DNA of 64,000 bases from contig OY970061.1 of assembly GCA_963705255.1 (NCBI GenBank), positions 768,001 to 832,000 of the forward strand, read 5' to 3'. Source of the DNA: an uncultured Methanoregulaceae archaeon. Lineage in GTDB: Archaea > Halobacteriota > Methanomicrobia > Methanomicrobiales > Methanospirillaceae. The notes under the pieces are model-generated. The model was not told the DNA's origin and ran no database searches. It saw nothing but the letters and a program-made list of their open reading frames with translations. The position numbers were made by a program, and so were the translations under genes. This document shows positions 10,527 to 20,171 of the stretch, piece after piece. How positions within the stretch are numbered: position 1 is the stretch's first letter; the number at the start of each line of letters is the position of its first letter.

Positions 10527-11045
10527 ATGACAGGTGGTTTCGTGCAGATCTCCATGAAACTCGAGATGAAGGATTCCCCGGGACAGCTGGTCGCTGCCCT
10601 CAAGCCCATATCCGAGGTGGGAGGAAACATAATCGCCGTCATCCACCAGCGCGAACCGGATCTGGACGGAGATATGCTCAACGTCCAGATCGTGCTCGAG
10701 CTGCCGGAAGGGAGGCTCGAAAACCTTGTTGTCCTCCTCCAGGAACAGGGTGTCCATATCCAGCGGATCGGCGAGGAACGCCTCCTCTATAAAAGGACGG
10801 TCATCATGATCGGTCACCTCATGCACACCGATCTCTCGGATACCGTCGACCAGATCGATACGACCGGGTTTGCCGAAGTGAGCGAACTCGCCATGAGCAT
10901 GCCTGCAGTCAATGCACGTTCGTCATCGAGGATCACGATCAAGGCGGCAAGCAAGAACGACATGGAGGCTGCAATTGCCATCCTGAGGCGGGTCTCAGAA
11001 CAGAAATCCCTGCTCCTCATTGAGCCGCTGGAGGAGATCGCGTGA
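10527..11045 (+). CDS. ACT-domain protein (putative allosteric subunit of homoserine dehydrogenase)
   Basis: LEMKDSPGQLV...GGNIIAVIH ACT motif; overlaps the hom start. Confidence 0.85.
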   Translation: MTGGFVQISMKLEMKDSPGQLVAALKPISEVGGNIIAVIHQREPDLDGDMLNVQIVLELPEGRLENLVVLLQEQGVHIQRIGEERLLYKRTVIMIGHLMHTDLSDTVDQIDTTGFAEVSELAMSMPAVNARSSSRITIKAASKNDMEAAIAILRRVSEQKSLLLIEPLEEIA

Positions 11046-12028
11046 AGGTTGCGCTGATCGGGCTGGGTTCGGTTGGCAGGGGCGTTGCCGGAATGATAGC
11101 AAAAAAAGACCTCGGCATCACCATAACGGGTATCGCCGACTCCCGGAGCGGGCTTATCGATGCCGGTGGTGTCGATATTCCGGCTCTCCTCGAGAGAAAG
11201 AAAGAAAGCGGCTTCTGCGGCGACCGCACAATTTCTTCGGCCGACGTGGTCAAAAAAGCTGACTACGATGCGCTCATCGAAGTGACCCCGACCGATGCGC
11301 TCTCCGGCGAACCCGCGACCGGCTATATCCGCTCTGCCATCTCCCGGAAAAAACATGTCGTCACATCAAATAAGGGCCCCATCTCCCTGTCCCTGAAAGA
11401 GCTGAGGATGGCGGCCCGCAAAAACGGTGTCGCCCTCCGGTACGAGGCCACGGTTGCCGGCGCGATCCCGATCATGCACACCCTGGAAGACGGGCTTGCC
11501 GGTAACGAGATCCTCGCCCTGTACGGTGTTCTTAACGGTACCTGCAACTTCATCCTCACCCGCATGGCTGCGGAAGGCCTCACGTATGAACAGGCCCTCA
11601 TGGAAGCCCGGGAGATGGGGTATGCAGAAGCAGATCCGACTTATGATGTCCAGGGTATAGATGCGGCGATCAAACTGGTGATACTTGCAAATACGATCTG
11701 GGGCAACGGGGTGAAACTGGACGATGTTGACCGCACCGGCATCGACCTCCTGACTGCGGATGCACTCCGCCTGGCCGAGGATGAAGGCTGCACCATACGG
11801 CTGATTGCCGAAGCCATTCCCCGGAAAAAGATCCTGCGGGTCTCTCCGCGCATCATCGGGAAAAACCATCCGCTCGTCGTAGACGGCACCCTGAACGCGC
11901 TGACCCTTGAGACCGATATGGCCAGGGAGATCACCCTCATCGGAAGGGGCGCGGGGTCTGTCGAGACGGCGAGTGCCATCATCGGCGATCTCCTCTATAT
12001 CCGCGACCGTTATGTCCAGCGTGCTTGA
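11042..12028 (+). CDS. hom: Homoserine dehydrogenase
   Basis: GLGSVG, HVVTSNKGP, YEATVAGAIP, LNGTCNFIL, GYAEADP. Confidence 0.96.
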   Translation: MKVALIGLGSVGRGVAGMIAKKDLGITITGIADSRSGLIDAGGVDIPALLERKKESGFCGDRTISSADVVKKADYDALIEVTPTDALSGEPATGYIRSAISRKKHVVTSNKGPISLSLKELRMAARKNGVALRYEATVAGAIPIMHTLEDGLAGNEILALYGVLNGTCNFILTRMAAEGLTYEQALMEAREMGYAEADPTYDVQGIDAAIKLVILANTIWGNGVKLDDVDRTGIDLLTADALRLAEDEGCTIRLIAEAIPRKKILRVSPRIIGKNHPLVVDGTLNALTLETDMAREITLIGRGAGSVETASAIIGDLLYIRDRYVQRA

Positions 12029-13139
12029 ACACCGGCGCACCTACCTGCGGCTCATGCGCCAGTACACGCTTGAAAGCGGGTTTTTTACGGTCACGGATAT
12101 CCAGAAAGCAGCCGGGATACCCCGGAGTACCGCACAAGACTGGGTAAACCGCCTGGTGCAGGAAGGATGCGTCCTTTTAAAGGACGGGAAGAGGGGGAGG
12201 AACGCGGCCCGGTTTGCAGCGATCAGCGCGATGCCCTCCAGCACCTGCCGGAGGATATTTACCACGGTTGACGGGGACAGCGTGGGGATCTACCATGACT
12301 GCATGAGCGGTGCATGCGCGGCGTTCTGCGGGTATCATCATGCCCTTGCCGGAGGGGTCATTGAACGTGTCCAGCGGGACGGGACACTCCTCCGGGAGAC
12401 TGCCCGGCTCGGCTCGGATGAAATTTCCGTAGGCCTGTCACCGCTCCCGGCGGTCGGTGTCTGCGGAGTGGACCGGGAAGACGGTACAATTGTCCAGCAT
12501 ATCCGCTGCATCGGCGGACCTGCATACTCCCTCTCGGATATGATGGCGCGGGCGGAAGGGGTGGTCCGGGTCGAGTCGGAGCACGGGCCGCAGATCGTTG
12601 AAGGAAAAGTCTGGACCCGGGCACTGATGCAGGTGACGATCGGCATTGATGACACCGATACCCGCGACGGGGGGGCCACGTTTGCCCTGGCCCTGGCCCT
12701 CCTCAGTTATGTCAGCAGGCAGAAGGGTGTCATTCCCATAAGCCACCATGTCGTGATGCTCAACCCGGACGTTTACTCCAAGACTGCCGGAAATTCAGCC
12801 AGCTATATTGAGATTGCCGTCACACCGGACTCCTACACCCGGCTCCCTGAAAAGATCCGCCGGTTTATTGCCGACGAGTCGCTTTCCAACGAGTGGGGGA
12901 TAGCCATCAGGACCGGGCTCGGTCTTCCCGAAGGCCTGAGGGATTATGGCAGGATGGCCAGGCAGCAGGTCATCGGGCGTGCAATTGCCGAGGTAACTGC
13001 AGAGAGGTTTGGCATCGTGATGTACGGAGGCAACGGGGTGATCGGGGCACTGGGGGCTGTCGCTCTTGCAGGTCTTCCGAACGAGATCCTCCTTGACCCG
13101 AAAAAGAACAATTTCGCAGAACAGGTTACGGCCCGGTAA
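12012..13139 (+). CDS. HTH domain fused to a methanogenesis-marker-11/TiaS-N-like domain
   Basis: N-terminal HTH (GIPRSTAQDWVNRL), C-x3-C...HH motif, IGIDDTD...GGATF and KT.GN motifs. Confidence 0.65.
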   Translation: MSSVLEHRRTYLRLMRQYTLESGFFTVTDIQKAAGIPRSTAQDWVNRLVQEGCVLLKDGKRGRNAARFAAISAMPSSTCRRIFTTVDGDSVGIYHDCMSGACAAFCGYHHALAGGVIERVQRDGTLLRETARLGSDEISVGLSPLPAVGVCGVDREDGTIVQHIRCIGGPAYSLSDMMARAEGVVRVESEHGPQIVEGKVWTRALMQVTIGIDDTDTRDGGATFALALALLSYVSRQKGVIPISHHVVMLNPDVYSKTAGNSASYIEIAVTPDSYTRLPEKIRRFIADESLSNEWGIAIRTGLGLPEGLRDYGRMARQQVIGRAIAEVTAERFGIVMYGGNGVIGALGAVALAGLPNEILLDPKKNNFAEQVTAR

Positions 13140-13782
13140 AATCCCCGGCAATCAGCCTGCACAACCGGTTGCTTTCAGGCAGGTACCGGGGTGTTTCACG
13201 GCATATCCTGTCCTGCTGGTGCCGGGAAAGGCCGCGGGACCAGTCGTTTATCATACTCTCCGTCAGTTCCAGGTGGAACTGCAGCCCGAGGGCATTCTTT
13301 ATCCGGAATGCCTGGTTCCTGACCGCATCACCGGAGGCAAGGAGCTTCCCTCCATAAGGGATTTCAAACGTCTCACCATGGAGCTGGAACACGGGGAATA
13401 TCCCGGGGAACCGTGCAAATACCCCGTCCCCGTCATCTTCCTTTCTCAGGGAACGCCAGCCGATCTCCGGGACGAACCGGTAGACTTTTGCGCCGTGAGC
13501 TGACGCAATGAGCTGGGCCCCAAGGCATATGCCCAGGACCTTCTGCTTCTTTTTTACGGATGTGCGGATCAGTTCTTTCTCCTGCTTCAGCCAGGGGTAC
13601 TCGCGTTCGTCGTTCACGCTCATCGGGCCCCCGAGAAAGATGAGATGGGTCGCATCACCGGGCACGACTTCGTTGGTCTCGAAGAGATCGTGATATGCAA
13701 AGGGTATGCCCCGTTCGGCAAAGACCGTCTCAAGGTATCCCAGCGGCTCACTGGGCGCATGGCGGAACGCTGCTATTTTCAT
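13126..13782 (-). CDS. Class I glutamine amidotransferase
   Basis: GGPMSVND, GICLGAQL, LQFHLE catalytic triad motifs. Confidence 0.9.
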   Translation of the reverse strand: MKIAAFRHAPSEPLGYLETVFAERGIPFAYHDLFETNEVVPGDATHLIFLGGPMSVNDEREYPWLKQEKELIRTSVKKKQKVLGICLGAQLIASAHGAKVYRFVPEIGWRSLRKEDDGDGVFARFPGIFPVFQLHGETFEIPYGGKLLASGDAVRNQAFRIKNALGLQFHLELTESMINDWSRGLSRHQQDRICRETPRYLPESNRLCRLIAGDFTGP

Positions 13783-14046
13783 GGTAGTTCAGGAGAATTT
13801 TTTCCTTTCCCGGTACAAATGGTTATGGGACAGGATCCTAGTACCTGAACGCAGGGAAATATTTTATATAAAAAAATAATATAACCTGCCCGGTTTGGGC
13901 TCATGACTTCGTTCAAGCGGGTATTTAGATTTACAACAACTACAATCCTTGGAATTCAAATCGCAATATTTATATACTAATATTGAAGATAATCAATTCA
14001 TACAGTGTCATGTCCAGCGTTGGGCATTATCCAGGTGTTTGAAACT

Positions 14047-14445
14047 ATGGCGTTTACCAAGAAGAATGAAGAGGCAGTATCACCGGTCATTGGTGTGATC
14101 CTGATGGTCGCAATCACGGTGATCCTTGCGGCGGTCATCGCCGCGTTCGTGTTTGGAATGGCAGGGAACATCTCGAAGACCAAGGTTGTTGCAGTGACGG
14201 GACAGCGTGTTAATGCTAATACTATCTCCGTTACTTTCCAAGGAGGACAGGATGCAAGCACCCTTGTAAGCATCTGCTGGACAGTAGGGGGAAATAATGC
14301 AGCCATATGGACTACCTCTGGCACTCAGACCTCCATACCTGTGGGGAATACATCTACAATCACGGCTCCAACCTCCAGTCACGTTATTGGTATTGGAACA
14401 TTTACGGATGGTTCAACTCAGGTCATTTATGATTCAACACTCTAA
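14047..14445 (+). CDS. Archaeal type IV pilin (DUF1628 N-terminus)
   Basis: KKNEEA/VSPVIGVILMVAITVILAAVIAAFVFG class III signal. Confidence 0.92.
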   Translation: MAFTKKNEEAVSPVIGVILMVAITVILAAVIAAFVFGMAGNISKTKVVAVTGQRVNANTISVTFQGGQDASTLVSICWTVGGNNAAIWTTSGTQTSIPVGNTSTITAPTSSHVIGIGTFTDGSTQVIYDSTL

Positions 14446-14613
14446 TCCTTTTTTTCGATTTTAAGCATATCCAATTTATTGAATTATCCTTCATTCCCGG
14501 ATTTTCGCAGGACTGGTATATTTTGCAGATGCCTGCAGAATGACGACTTTTCCCGGGATCGGCCGGGAAAGAGGTCCCCGGATCCATTCGCACTGCAGGA
14601 GAGGAGAGTTGAA

Positions 14614-14653
14614 CCGCCGCGGGGGCGCCCCGTCGGGGGCGGCGGCGTTCATC
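14614..14653. repeat. 40-bp GC-rich dispersed repeat, exact reverse complement of 25636..25675
   Basis: ccgccgcgggggcgccccgtcgggggcggcggcgttcatc. Confidence 0.9.
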
Positions 14654-14712
14654 GCAAGGGCAAAAGAGAGACGAACTTAAGGAAAAACCCTTTTTTGATA
14701 CGACATGAACCA

Positions 14713-14985
14713 GTGCATTATTGCACCATTCATATTTTTGAGTGGGGGGTCACCGCCCAACCCCCCCTCCATTTTATTTTCAAAACATATCGACCCCCCC
14801 CCCTTTGGCTGGATCCGACCCCCCTGATCAGAATTGAGTAGCCTTAAAGAACGGTCATTGCGTCTGAAACCTGATGCAGTGGACAGGCCCGGGATCCGTG
14901 CATTATTGCACAAATCTCATTTTTGAGTGGGGGGGTCACCCCCCGACCCCCCTCCGTTTTATTTTCAAAACATGTTGACCCCCCT
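14713..14985. repeat. Two ~90-bp direct repeats (14713-14803, 14898-14985) with G/C runs
   Basis: gtgcattattgcac...atttttgagtgggggg(g)tcacc...cccctcc.ttttattttcaaaacat.t.gaccccc occurs twice. Confidence 0.85.
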
Positions 14986-15321
14986 ACCATCCGGAAACTG
15001 AAGGGGGGTGACCCCCTCACCCCCTGCTCAAAAATTTTCAACCGATCCCTGCCATACGGACCTGGGCAGCAACGCCGGACAAAACAAAAAGTTGTTAGTT
15101 GTACATCCGATTGTAGGATAATTATCCGATTATAGCCAGACTAACTAACACCTTTTGATCGCGATTGAAAATTTTTTACCGCACTTTGCCATTCACAAGA
15201 TCAACCGGATCAGGTCAAATTTTTCGGGTATGGGCCTGACAAAGGCATTCGTGGTATGTGGCATTGTGATGTTAGCCGGCACTCATTTCGATAGCCTCAA
15301 TACCCATCCAATAAAATTCCT

Positions 15322-15855
15322 ATGATACGAATGACGCCCCGGTTTAGGCTCCCTCTTATAGTCCAATGCCTTCTCTTCCTCATCCCCATCAATATCTACG
15401 TTTTGGGGGATTGGCTCGCTGCCGGCGTGCAATGGATCTTTTTCCGGTACCAGCAGAGTTATCTTGGGAACAGTTTCCTTCTTTTTACCAAAGATCTCTA
15501 TTACATTCAGGAAGGTATACTCCAGGGGAGAAGTGCAGTTGCATCGGAGGTGGCGTTTGCTGCCGCATTCTGTATGGTGCTTGCGGTTCTCCTTCTCCTG
15601 AATGCATTCGCGGTCGAATCCGGAAAATGGGTAACAGCAGCAGCCATTGTTTCCATGGGTGGGGGATGTCTTTACCTGATTGCCGATATGATCCAGTATG
15701 GAGTCTTTTTCCAGGGCCCAGCCGGGTTCACGATCCCGGTCGGAGTGCCGGCCATTCTGGTGTGCGGGTGGTGGATGTACAGGATGAAGTTCCCGGATAC
15801 CGGCACGGAAAGTCCGGATGAAATACAATGTATCGATGAAGACGAAAATCCATAA
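15322..15855 (+). CDS. Hypothetical multi-TM membrane protein
   Basis: IPINIY...VQW.FFRYQQ...D.IQYG.....P.GF..PVG.P module; paralogous to the N-terminus of 16146..17909. Confidence 0.8.
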   Translation: MIRMTPRFRLPLIVQCLLFLIPINIYVLGDWLAAGVQWIFFRYQQSYLGNSFLLFTKDLYYIQEGILQGRSAVASEVAFAAAFCMVLAVLLLLNAFAVESGKWVTAAAIVSMGGGCLYLIADMIQYGVFFQGPAGFTIPVGVPAILVCGWWMYRMKFPDTGTESPDEIQCIDEDENP

Positions 15856-15947
15856 ATTTTTTTTCCATAGATATTGTATTCCGTCAGGCTCAATATCCCG
15901 TTCATGCAATACTGATTCCTGAATGACATGGCCCGATTCAAAATCCC

Positions 15948-16085
15948 ATGATCATTCCGAGGCTGCTCCTTGTCATCCCCATGAACATGTATCGTATCGG
16001 TGAGGCAATAGGATCAGGCATCCACTGACTCATTTTCCGCTTTGACAGCAGGTACATAAGGGACGGTTTTGTTTCACTGCCAAAA
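15948..16085 (+). pseudogene. Decayed third copy of the same membrane module
   Basis: LLLVIPMNMYRIGEAIGSGIH*LIFRFD aligns to LFLIPINIYVLGDWLAAGVQWIFFRYQ (Trp codon changed to TGA). Confidence 0.65.
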
Positions 16086-16145
16086 AACCAACTCTCTCTT
16101 CGACAATCTCAAGAAGAATGCGGTCAAACCATAGTATCGTTCACC

Positions 16146-17909
16146 ATGGCGAAGTACCGGAATCCCCTCCTCCTCCTGCCGTACCTCTGTCTCATCATCC
16201 CGCTGAACATCTACGTGGCCGGCAGCCAGGTGGGGGCCGTCATGCAATGGGCATTGTTCCGGTACCAGCAGATCCCCGGCGCTGGTGCAGGTCTTGTCCC
16301 ATTCACCCGGGATATCGCGCTCCTCCTTGCCGGGGCGTTCGCAGGCTGGAGCGCCTTGGGAGTACTGGTCTGGGTTTCCGCCGTATGTCTCCTGGCAGGG
16401 TCATTCATGCTCACCCTTACCGGGCTGCTGGCACGGGACAGCAAAAATACGAAGACAGCTGCACTCCTTTTTATCGGTTCGGCCCTCCTTTTCCTTGTCT
16501 CGGATGTTATCCAGTACGGGGTGACCCTGCAGAGCCCTTACGGGTTCTGCGTGCCGGTCGGTATCCCCCTCATCCTTGTTTCAGGATGGTGGGCGTACCG
16601 CTCCGATCCCTTCCCGGAGATCGTTTCCGGACCAGAAAAGAAGGCCCGCGTTGATGAACCGGTCCGGATTTTTTCCATCACGCTCCCCGGGATAGACCGG
16701 GGCACCCTGAAAAATGACCTCCTCACCCTCGTCCTGGTCTCCCTTATCGTCAAAATGCTGGTACTGACTTCTGCACTGGCGACCCTTCTCTCCATCCTTC
16801 CCGGGGACATGACGCTGTATTACTGGTATGCACATTCCATCATCCTCGGGAAGATACCCTATATCAGTTTCAATGCTGAGTACCCGCAGCTCTTTTTTGT
16901 CCCGGTCGTGCTGGCGATCCTCCCGTTCATGAGCAATCCCGGTTTTATCTCCTACCTGTTCTCATTCGGGGCAATAACCATTGCGTTCGATATCGCCACC
17001 CTGGTATGCGTGTACGTGCTTGCAGCGAAATTTTTCGGCCAGGAGAAAGCATTCCTCTCCGGTCTGCTCTATGCGACGGCCATTTCCGTCGCATTTTTCA
17101 TTCCCATCGTGTATGATATCATCCCCACCTTCTTCCTGGTCTTTTCGCTCTGCTGTTTCATCTATGGCAGGGACGTGACTGCGTATGTTTCAGCCGCGGT
17201 TGGCGTCCTGCTGAAATGGTTTCCGTTCGCCTGTTTCCCGTTTTTTTATCTCTCCACAAAAAAGAACAACCGGGAGTTGAACAGTTTCAGGACCGGGGTC
17301 ATCGTGACAATCCTCCTGGTTGCGGCATGCTCTGTCCCGTTCATACTGATAGATGCCGGGAAGTTTTTCAGGACATACATGTTCCATATCCTGAGGCCGT
17401 CCGAGGCCCACAGCTTCATCTACTATATGGATGCCGTATCGCTCTTTTTGATCAACCTGCAGCCGGTAAGTAAAATTTCCCTTTTCCTGTTCATCCTGGC
17501 TGAATGCGTCCTGGTGTACTGGTATTACCGGCACCTTGACGGGACTGCGCTGACCCTGACCTACGTCCTCTTCCTGAGCGTCTTTGCCTTCGTCCTGTTC
17601 AACAAGGTGCTGGCTACCTATTATATCATCTGGCTGACCCCGTTCCTCGCCCTGCTTCTGGCCCGGTCAACGAAACACATCCTCTTGTTTTATATAGTCC
17701 AGATCATCATGTTCCTGGAGACGCCGGTCCTTCTCGGGATCGTCTACACGCCGTACAAGGATTATTTCGTCATCGAAAATTCCATGCTGTCCGTATCCTT
17801 CCTGTTTTATACCGTCAAGTTCGCGATCTTCTTCATCCTGCTGTATGTTATCGTCCGGGACCTGCGCAGGCTCCAGAATCCCGGGGAACAAATGCATGCC
17901 CGGGTATAA
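16146..17909 (+). CDS. GT-C fold (GT87-like) polytopic glycosyltransferase with an extra N-terminal membrane module
   Basis: D..LYYWYA....G.IPY..F..EYP, YDIIP, G.LLKWFP, NKV...YYIIW motifs. Confidence 0.75.
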   Translation: MAKYRNPLLLLPYLCLIIPLNIYVAGSQVGAVMQWALFRYQQIPGAGAGLVPFTRDIALLLAGAFAGWSALGVLVWVSAVCLLAGSFMLTLTGLLARDSKNTKTAALLFIGSALLFLVSDVIQYGVTLQSPYGFCVPVGIPLILVSGWWAYRSDPFPEIVSGPEKKARVDEPVRIFSITLPGIDRGTLKNDLLTLVLVSLIVKMLVLTSALATLLSILPGDMTLYYWYAHSIILGKIPYISFNAEYPQLFFVPVVLAILPFMSNPGFISYLFSFGAITIAFDIATLVCVYVLAAKFFGQEKAFLSGLLYATAISVAFFIPIVYDIIPTFFLVFSLCCFIYGRDVTAYVSAAVGVLLKWFPFACFPFFYLSTKKNNRELNSFRTGVIVTILLVAACSVPFILIDAGKFFRTYMFHILRPSEAHSFIYYMDAVSLFLINLQPVSKISLFLFILAECVLVYWYYRHLDGTALTLTYVLFLSVFAFVLFNKVLATYYIIWLTPFLALLLARSTKHILLFYIVQIIMFLETPVLLGIVYTPYKDYFVIENSMLSVSFLFYTVKFAIFFILLYVIVRDLRRLQNPGEQMHARV

Positions 17910-18041
17910 TCGTGGCGGTGAAAAAACCGGTATGACAGGCCGAAAGGCAGGAAACCAGGCAGACTCCTGATGCCTGCACCGCCGGGTCAGGTGTCATTCG
18001 CTGAATGGAACGGGCTGACTGCTCCTGAACCGTAAAAACAA

Positions 18042-18126
18042 TGCGTGGAGCAGGATTCGAACCTGCGGACCCCTGCGGGAACGGACCCTAAATCCGTCGC
18101 CTTTGACCTGGCTCGGCAATCCACGC
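18042..18126 (-). tRNA. tRNA-Leu (anticodon TAG)
   Basis: Cloverleaf GCGTGGA...TCCACGC-A; anticodon arm ACGGA-TTTAGGG-TCCGT; long variable arm; GGTTCGAATCC; CCA not encoded. Confidence 0.96.
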
Positions 18127-18275
18127 CCTGCGTCGAGGTACCCGGGCCGGCTTCCCAAGCCGGCCCCCGACCCGGCACCGCCGGCCGGGCCTGTTTCCCC
18201 CGTTCCGGTATATTGGTTCGGGTGCGATAAGAGCGTATCGCCGGTTCGCATTCCTGACCGGGCCGGGATCCCCGG

Positions 18276-20090
18276 TCACATCTCCACCCGGGTGACGACC
18301 CCATGGATCTTGTCGGAGGGCAGCTTGTAGAACTGCAGGACGGAAGGTGAAAGGCGCTTGAGTGCAGCAAAGATCCTCCAGATGACATTCGTGGTGATGA
18401 TATCTTCCATCCCGTAAAAGATGGTCTTCTCATCGATCTCCGCTTCCCTGAGGATCTTGCCTATATCGACGATCTCCATGTACCCCAGATAAATTTCGAA
18501 GATGGAAAGCCCGGGGGTTATCTCCCGGGTAACACCCCAGGTAACCCCGAACGGCTGCTCGGTCCTGATAATAGAGACAATGATATTGTCATCGTATACG
18601 ATATTGTTCGTGAACATGATCCGTGAGATATACCGGGGAAGCCTGCGGAAGTCACGGGCAAAAAAGAGTGCGGACCCGGAGATGCGGTTGACAGAACCGT
18701 AGACCGCGTTGAACTGGGGGAGGAACTCCTCCAGCGGGATCGGGCTCAGCGCCTTTGCGAGTTTCTTCTGTCCGTTGACATAGATCATGATGATGCAGAA
18801 GGGAATGAACGCTATCAGGAGCGAGACGTACCCCCCATAGGGTATTTTGTTGAGGTTGGAGATGAGGAACAGGACATTTGCCAGCAGCACCCCAAGGGCG
18901 ATGATACTCTTGATGATGGACCCCCTGATGAGGAGTATCCAGAGGATCATGATGCCGGTGATCGCCATGGTTCCGCTGACCGCGAGACCATACGCGTGGG
19001 TGAGGTTGTTGGAGGACCTGAATATGACGATGACGAGGATGACGGCACAGAGGAGCATCCAGTTGACGATATCGATGTAGATCTGGGAGCGGAGCTGGGG
19101 GGAGGTGTATTCGATGTGCAGCAGCGGCATGATGTGGGTGGTGATCCCCTGGTAGACGATCGAGAATATACCGGAGATCATGGCCTGGGATGCGATGATA
19201 GTGGCGGCGATGCTCATGATGAGGAACGGGATATACAGGAGCCTGAACTCGGAGAAGACCATCCCGAAGAGGACGTTCTGGCTTCCGGGATGCATCATGA
19301 CGAACGCGCCCTGGCCGAGATAATTGATGGCGAGGGCAACAAACACGAGATACCAGGCACGGACGATCGGTTCGCGGCCGAGGTGGCCCATATCGGCGTA
19401 CAGGGCTTCCCCGCCGGTAGCGCAGAGGATGACCGAGGAGAGGATGAGAAAACCTGCCAGCCCGTTATGGAGGAGGTACCTGATGCCGAACAGGGGGCTG
19501 AGTGCAAGGAGGACCTGGGGAGCGGCGACGAGGGAGACCAGGCCGGTCCCGGCCAGTGCGACAAACCACAGGACCATGACAGGCCCGAATGCCCACGCCA
19601 CCCTCTCCGAACCCCGTGCCTGCAGGGCGAAGAGACCGACTGCGATGACGGCGGCGATGGTCATGAGAACGATCTGGGTGGTATTCTCAAACCCGGGGAT
19701 GAGAAGGATCCCCTCGACCGCGGAGAGGATGCTGATTGCAGGGGTGATGACCCCGTCACCGATAAAGAGGGAGATCCCGATGATTGCCAGCAGGGAGACA
19801 AAAGCGATCTGGTTTCCCGACTTCAGCAGGGGGAGGAGGATCTCCTTGAGCACGATGGTACCCCCTTCACCTTTCTTGCCGAGCTGCATCGCAAGGTACG
19901 TGTATTCGAGCGTGACAAGAATGGTGAGCGTCCAGATGATCATGGAGAGGATGCCCATGATATTGTCAGGGGTTGGGGGGATGAGGAGAAAAATCGCTGT
20001 CAGCGTATAGATCGGGCTTGTCCCGATATCGCCAAATACCAGTCCCATTGACTTGACAATCCCGGGCATGGCAAAAGAGATATTTGGCAT
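18276..20090 (-). CDS. kup: KUP/HAK/KT potassium transporter
   Basis: GLVFGDIGTSPIY, GEGG, GDGVITPAIS, GGEALYADMGH. Confidence 0.96.
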   Translation of the reverse strand: MPNISFAMPGIVKSMGLVFGDIGTSPIYTLTAIFLLIPPTPDNIMGILSMIIWTLTILVTLEYTYLAMQLGKKGEGGTIVLKEILLPLLKSGNQIAFVSLLAIIGISLFIGDGVITPAISILSAVEGILLIPGFENTTQIVLMTIAAVIAVGLFALQARGSERVAWAFGPVMVLWFVALAGTGLVSLVAAPQVLLALSPLFGIRYLLHNGLAGFLILSSVILCATGGEALYADMGHLGREPIVRAWYLVFVALAINYLGQGAFVMMHPGSQNVLFGMVFSEFRLLYIPFLIMSIAATIIASQAMISGIFSIVYQGITTHIMPLLHIEYTSPQLRSQIYIDIVNWMLLCAVILVIVIFRSSNNLTHAYGLAVSGTMAITGIMILWILLIRGSIIKSIIALGVLLANVLFLISNLNKIPYGGYVSLLIAFIPFCIIMIYVNGQKKLAKALSPIPLEEFLPQFNAVYGSVNRISGSALFFARDFRRLPRYISRIMFTNNIVYDDNIIVSIIRTEQPFGVTWGVTREITPGLSIFEIYLGYMEIVDIGKILREAEIDEKTIFYGMEDIITTNVIWRIFAALKRLSPSVLQFYKLPSDKIHGVVTRVEM

Positions 20091-20171
20091 TCTTTCATTA
20101 CCTGTCGCCTGAAACGGGGATAATCCTTTCTCTTTTTCCTTCAGAACCCCGGATATATTTCTCCGGATCGT

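Noticed and set aside
14450-18126. Integrative element at tRNA-Leu
   Set aside because: I saw no duplicated tRNA 3' end (att site) and no integrase in the window.
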